20,618 nt of DNA, from the NCBI GenBank assembly GCA_043819075.1, contig JBDRFE010000004.1:1-20618 (forward strand), given 5' to 3'. This DNA is from an archaeon (lineage in GTDB: Archaea > Iainarchaeota > Iainarchaeia > Iainarchaeales > 1-14-0-10-31-34). Position 1 is the stretch's first letter. Each line of letters starts with the position of its first letter. Position numbers and translations under genes: made by a program. The notes below the pieces were generated by a model that saw only the letters and a program-made list of their open reading frames with translations, did no database searches and was not told where the DNA came from. Of the stretch, positions 18,801 to 20,618 are shown one piece after another.

Positions 18801-19715
18801 ACAGGCGAACACTTGCTTTCAGGAATGGGAGAACTCCATCTTGAAGTAACACAGCATAGAATTGAAGTAGACCACAAGGTTCCGATTACTGTGAGCCCGC
18901 CGATAGTTGTTTTCAGGGAAACAATAACAAAAAAATCCCCTCCAAAACACGAAGCAAAAACTCCAAACAAACACAACAAGTTTTACATGCATGTAGAGCC
19001 CATTCCAACAGAAATACTTGAAAAATTAATTGAATCAAAAATCCAGGGAAAAATAAGAGACAAAGACAAAGAAATAGTGCAAAAATTAATTGACATGGGA
19101 GTAGACAGAGAAGAAGCAAAAAGAATCTGGGCGGTAAACAACAACTGCTATATTGTTAATGCAACAAAAGGAATTGAAGCATTATTTGAAGTAAAAGAAT
19201 TAATTGTACAGGCATTCAATGACGCAACAAACGAAGGGCCTTTAGCAAAAGAAAAAGTTCATGGAATAAAAGTCTTATTAGAAGACGCAAAACTGCACGA
19301 AGACGCAATTCACAGAGGCCCGGCACAAGTACTGCCTGCAATTACAAGAGGAATTTATGCATGCATGCTTCAGGCAGACGCCTTATTGCTTGAACCAAAA
19401 CAAATTCTTTCAATTTTAGTTCCACAGGATTTTATGGGAGCAGTAAGCAAAGAATTAGGCTCCAGAAGGACTCAAATCACTGACATGAGAAACGAAGGCG
19501 ACCAAACCATTATAATCGGAAAAGCTCCGGTAAAAGAATTAATCGGCTTTAGTGCAACAATAAGAGGAGCAACACAAGGAAGAGCAGTCTGGACAGCAGA
19601 ATACTCAGGCTATGAACAACTGCCAAGAGAATTACAGCACAATACAATAGTTGACATAAGAAAAAGAAAAGGAATGGACCCAGAACCAAAAAAAGCAGAT
19701 TTCTTTTTTGATTAA
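15879..19715 (+). CDS. fusA: Translation elongation factor EF-2 precursor containing an intein (start is ATA 15879 or ATG 15921)
   Basis: AHIDHGK|TT P-loop, ERGITI, DTPGHIDF, NKVD, GMGELHLE, diphthamide loop HEDAIHRG. Spliced length is 731 aa from 15879 or 717 aa from 15921. Confidence 0.95.
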   Translation: MSKREDVAREAQKFMNTRENIRNIGVVAHIDHGKCISGKTSILLENGRIQKAEDLFKLSEKGKKVKENKNEIVFDVSNLNEKVLSFNKNKKEITSNRITHVWKLKTDEELVNLTFSNGSKIKTTPEHKFLLLSEQGKIFEKQAKEVELNDFVLVPKFIKTKPMNLDKLKKNILENLAKDNSFFIRLNDRNSLEIKRKILDYGLEKTRKEVESKLKNKSFYHGAYNGRYRLQDFKKICEKFGYECFELIESINYRESLKKEGHSSIDLKLPKTEYEFTDFMYLLGLIWGDGGKCGKEIRITNEDRQIIEETKKIMQKIFGVKAVERKYKNKATRIDLKAGLTFLRILEKAFDFPLKNKSESIEIPKTVQCSSNELLKAFIQGYFDSDGTVEKSRRAISLSSKSAKIMEQLRLSLLRFSCMATFNEKKKTIYISGTNLKVFSEEIGFRLKRKQEKALKFAAISQTNRNTDLLPLSGKVLKEIRKELEIPLNAFKKTQEVIESGKQKIYALNFREFISTVYSFVGNPKIKNPEAWKKIQEIEKTLFDCTTLFVTKKEYEKEEFVFDFSVEKTHNFIGNGLIIHNTTMTDNLIAASGIISTELAGKQQFMDYYALEQERGITINAANVSIVQKYEGKDYLINIIDTPGHIDFGGEVIRAMRAVDGVILVVDSVEGVMPQTETVIRQSLKENVKPCLFINKVDRLVNELQLTPEKMQERFVKTITHVNRLIERNAPEKFKEKWKVKVEDGSVVFGSAYYNWAISTLHMKKTGITFKEVYDYCKNQDQKTLSQKSSLYEAIVELVIKHLPNPLEAQKYRIPKIWTGELESEEGKAMLECNAQGPLAMMIVDISVDPHAGDVATGRIYSGTVKKGTIVKLIGSQKEIGVQQVALFMGPERVQVSEVPAGNIAALVGLKEVYAGETISTIKMKEFESFMSTAEPVITVSVEAKEAKNLPKLIEVIRQITKEDPNVRAAINQDTGEHLLSGMGELHLEVTQHRIEVDHKVPITVSPPIVVFRETITKKSPPKHEAKTPNKHNKFYMHVEPIPTEILEKLIESKIQGKIRDKDKEIVQKLIDMGVDREEAKRIWAVNNNCYIVNATKGIEALFEVKELIVQAFNDATNEGPLAKEKVHGIKVLLEDAKLHEDAIHRGPAQVLPAITRGIYACMLQADALLLEPKQILSILVPQDFMGAVSKELGSRRTQITDMRNEGDQTIIIGKAPVKELIGFSATIRGATQGRAVWTAEYSGYEQLPRELQHNTIVDIRKRKGMDPEPKKADFFFD
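15981..17621 (+). mobile_element. Intein (547 aa) with LAGLIDADG homing endonuclease in the EF-2 P-loop
   Basis: Starts CISGKTSI; block B TTPEHKF; LLGLIWGDG and FIQGYFDSDG; ends THNFIGNGLIIHN; Thr at +1. Confidence 0.96.
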
Positions 19716-19716
19716 A

Positions 19717-20556
19717 TTATTTTTTTCTAACGAAACGTTTCCTGAAATCTATTTTCAGGCTGTAAAGCTCAGACAGTTTTACTGTTTCAGAAACAATAAA
19801 CCTGCTTTCAAGAAAGCTTGCAATAACCCGGTCTTCAGCAGGAATTCTTAATTCAAAAACAGTTTGGCTTCCAAGAACCTTGCGCGCATTAATAATTAAA
19901 TTCATATAAGCAGAATGCTTGCTTTTGGTTATTGTTTCAGCAGATAAGCCTAAAGTAGGAACAATCAATCCAAAAGAAGTTGCATTAGTCAGTTTTCCTT
20001 TTTCGGAAACTTCAACACTTACCCCGCCTTTAGAGCCTAAATGAGGAATTAAACCAGAATAAAAATGGTCTTTTCTTGAAATTCCAATTGACTCATAAAA
20101 TGCGTCTTTCACTGCATTTAAAGTAATTCCCTTGAAATTTTTTTCAGCCCACTTAAAAAAAGCTCCTGAATCAATAACAGTTTTTCCAAAGCCAAAAAAA
20201 ACATATCTTCTAAGCGCTTTTTCGTTCAAAGAAAGCTTGCAAAACCCGTTTTTAAACCTGACAAAACCATGTTTTGCGGTCGGCACTCTAACAAATTTTT
20301 CTCTGTGTTTCCTTAAAATGCCCACGAGATTTTTTTTAGCCTGAGGGCTTAATTCTGCAGCAGCCTGTTCTGGAACTTTAGCCCGCTCAATAACCTTGAC
20401 AATTTCAGCTTTAATCTGTGTATCGAATAGCCTTGAGTTAACTGAAACAATTTTTTCAGGGGTCCTGACAACAACAAAAGGCGATTTTCTTTCAGAAGGC
20501 CTTTTTAGGGTCAGCCTAGATTTTCCTGAAAACCCTGGCCTTTGTTTTCCCGGCAT
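19717..20556 (-). CDS. Hypothetical basic protein (279 aa), convergent with fusA
   Basis: Long ATG-initiated ORF with A-rich coding strand; basic N-terminus MPGKQRPGFSGKSRLTLKRP. No family recognised. Confidence 0.75.
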   Translation of the reverse strand: MPGKQRPGFSGKSRLTLKRPSERKSPFVVVRTPEKIVSVNSRLFDTQIKAEIVKVIERAKVPEQAAAELSPQAKKNLVGILRKHREKFVRVPTAKHGFVRFKNGFCKLSLNEKALRRYVFFGFGKTVIDSGAFFKWAEKNFKGITLNAVKDAFYESIGISRKDHFYSGLIPHLGSKGGVSVEVSEKGKLTNATSFGLIVPTLGLSAETITKSKHSAYMNLIINARKVLGSQTVFELRIPAEDRVIASFLESRFIVSETVKLSELYSLKIDFRKRFVRKK

Positions 20557-20618
20557 AAAAATCTTGAACGCAAACTTTAATTTAAACTTAATGCAAAAAC
20601 AAAAAATGCGTTAAAAGG

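Noticed and set aside
19291..19325. Loss of the diphthamide motif in EF-2
   Set aside because: HEDAIHRGPAQ is canonical.

Overview
Archaeal chromosomal window: AT-rich, with a strongly A-loaded coding strand. It is probably from a DPANN-type lineage, inferred from protein divergence and gene content rather than from any search. The core is the conserved transcription/translation cluster rpoH-rpoB''-rpoB'-rpoA'-rpoA''-rpl30e-nusA-rps12-rps7-fusA (5004-19715). It is preceded by uppP, a tandemly duplicated two-gene membrane module, a lipoprotein, a charged protein and a divergent HTH-riboflavin kinase. Main oddities: (1) a 508-aa LAGLIDADG-type intein inside ribosomal protein uS12, right after its decoding-loop motif, plus a 547-aa intein in the EF-2 P-loop; (2) a non-coding repeat present twice, as a short skeleton before rps12 and as an expanded copy at about 2466-2698 with two ~55-nt twin-hairpin inserts of the same shape but different sequence; (3) an unannotated 44-codon ORF with a strong SD, coupled to rps12; (4) a likely ATA start for EF-2; (5) substitutions at usually invariant uS12 and RNA polymerase active-centre residues. 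No tRNA, rRNA or CRISPR array was recognised.
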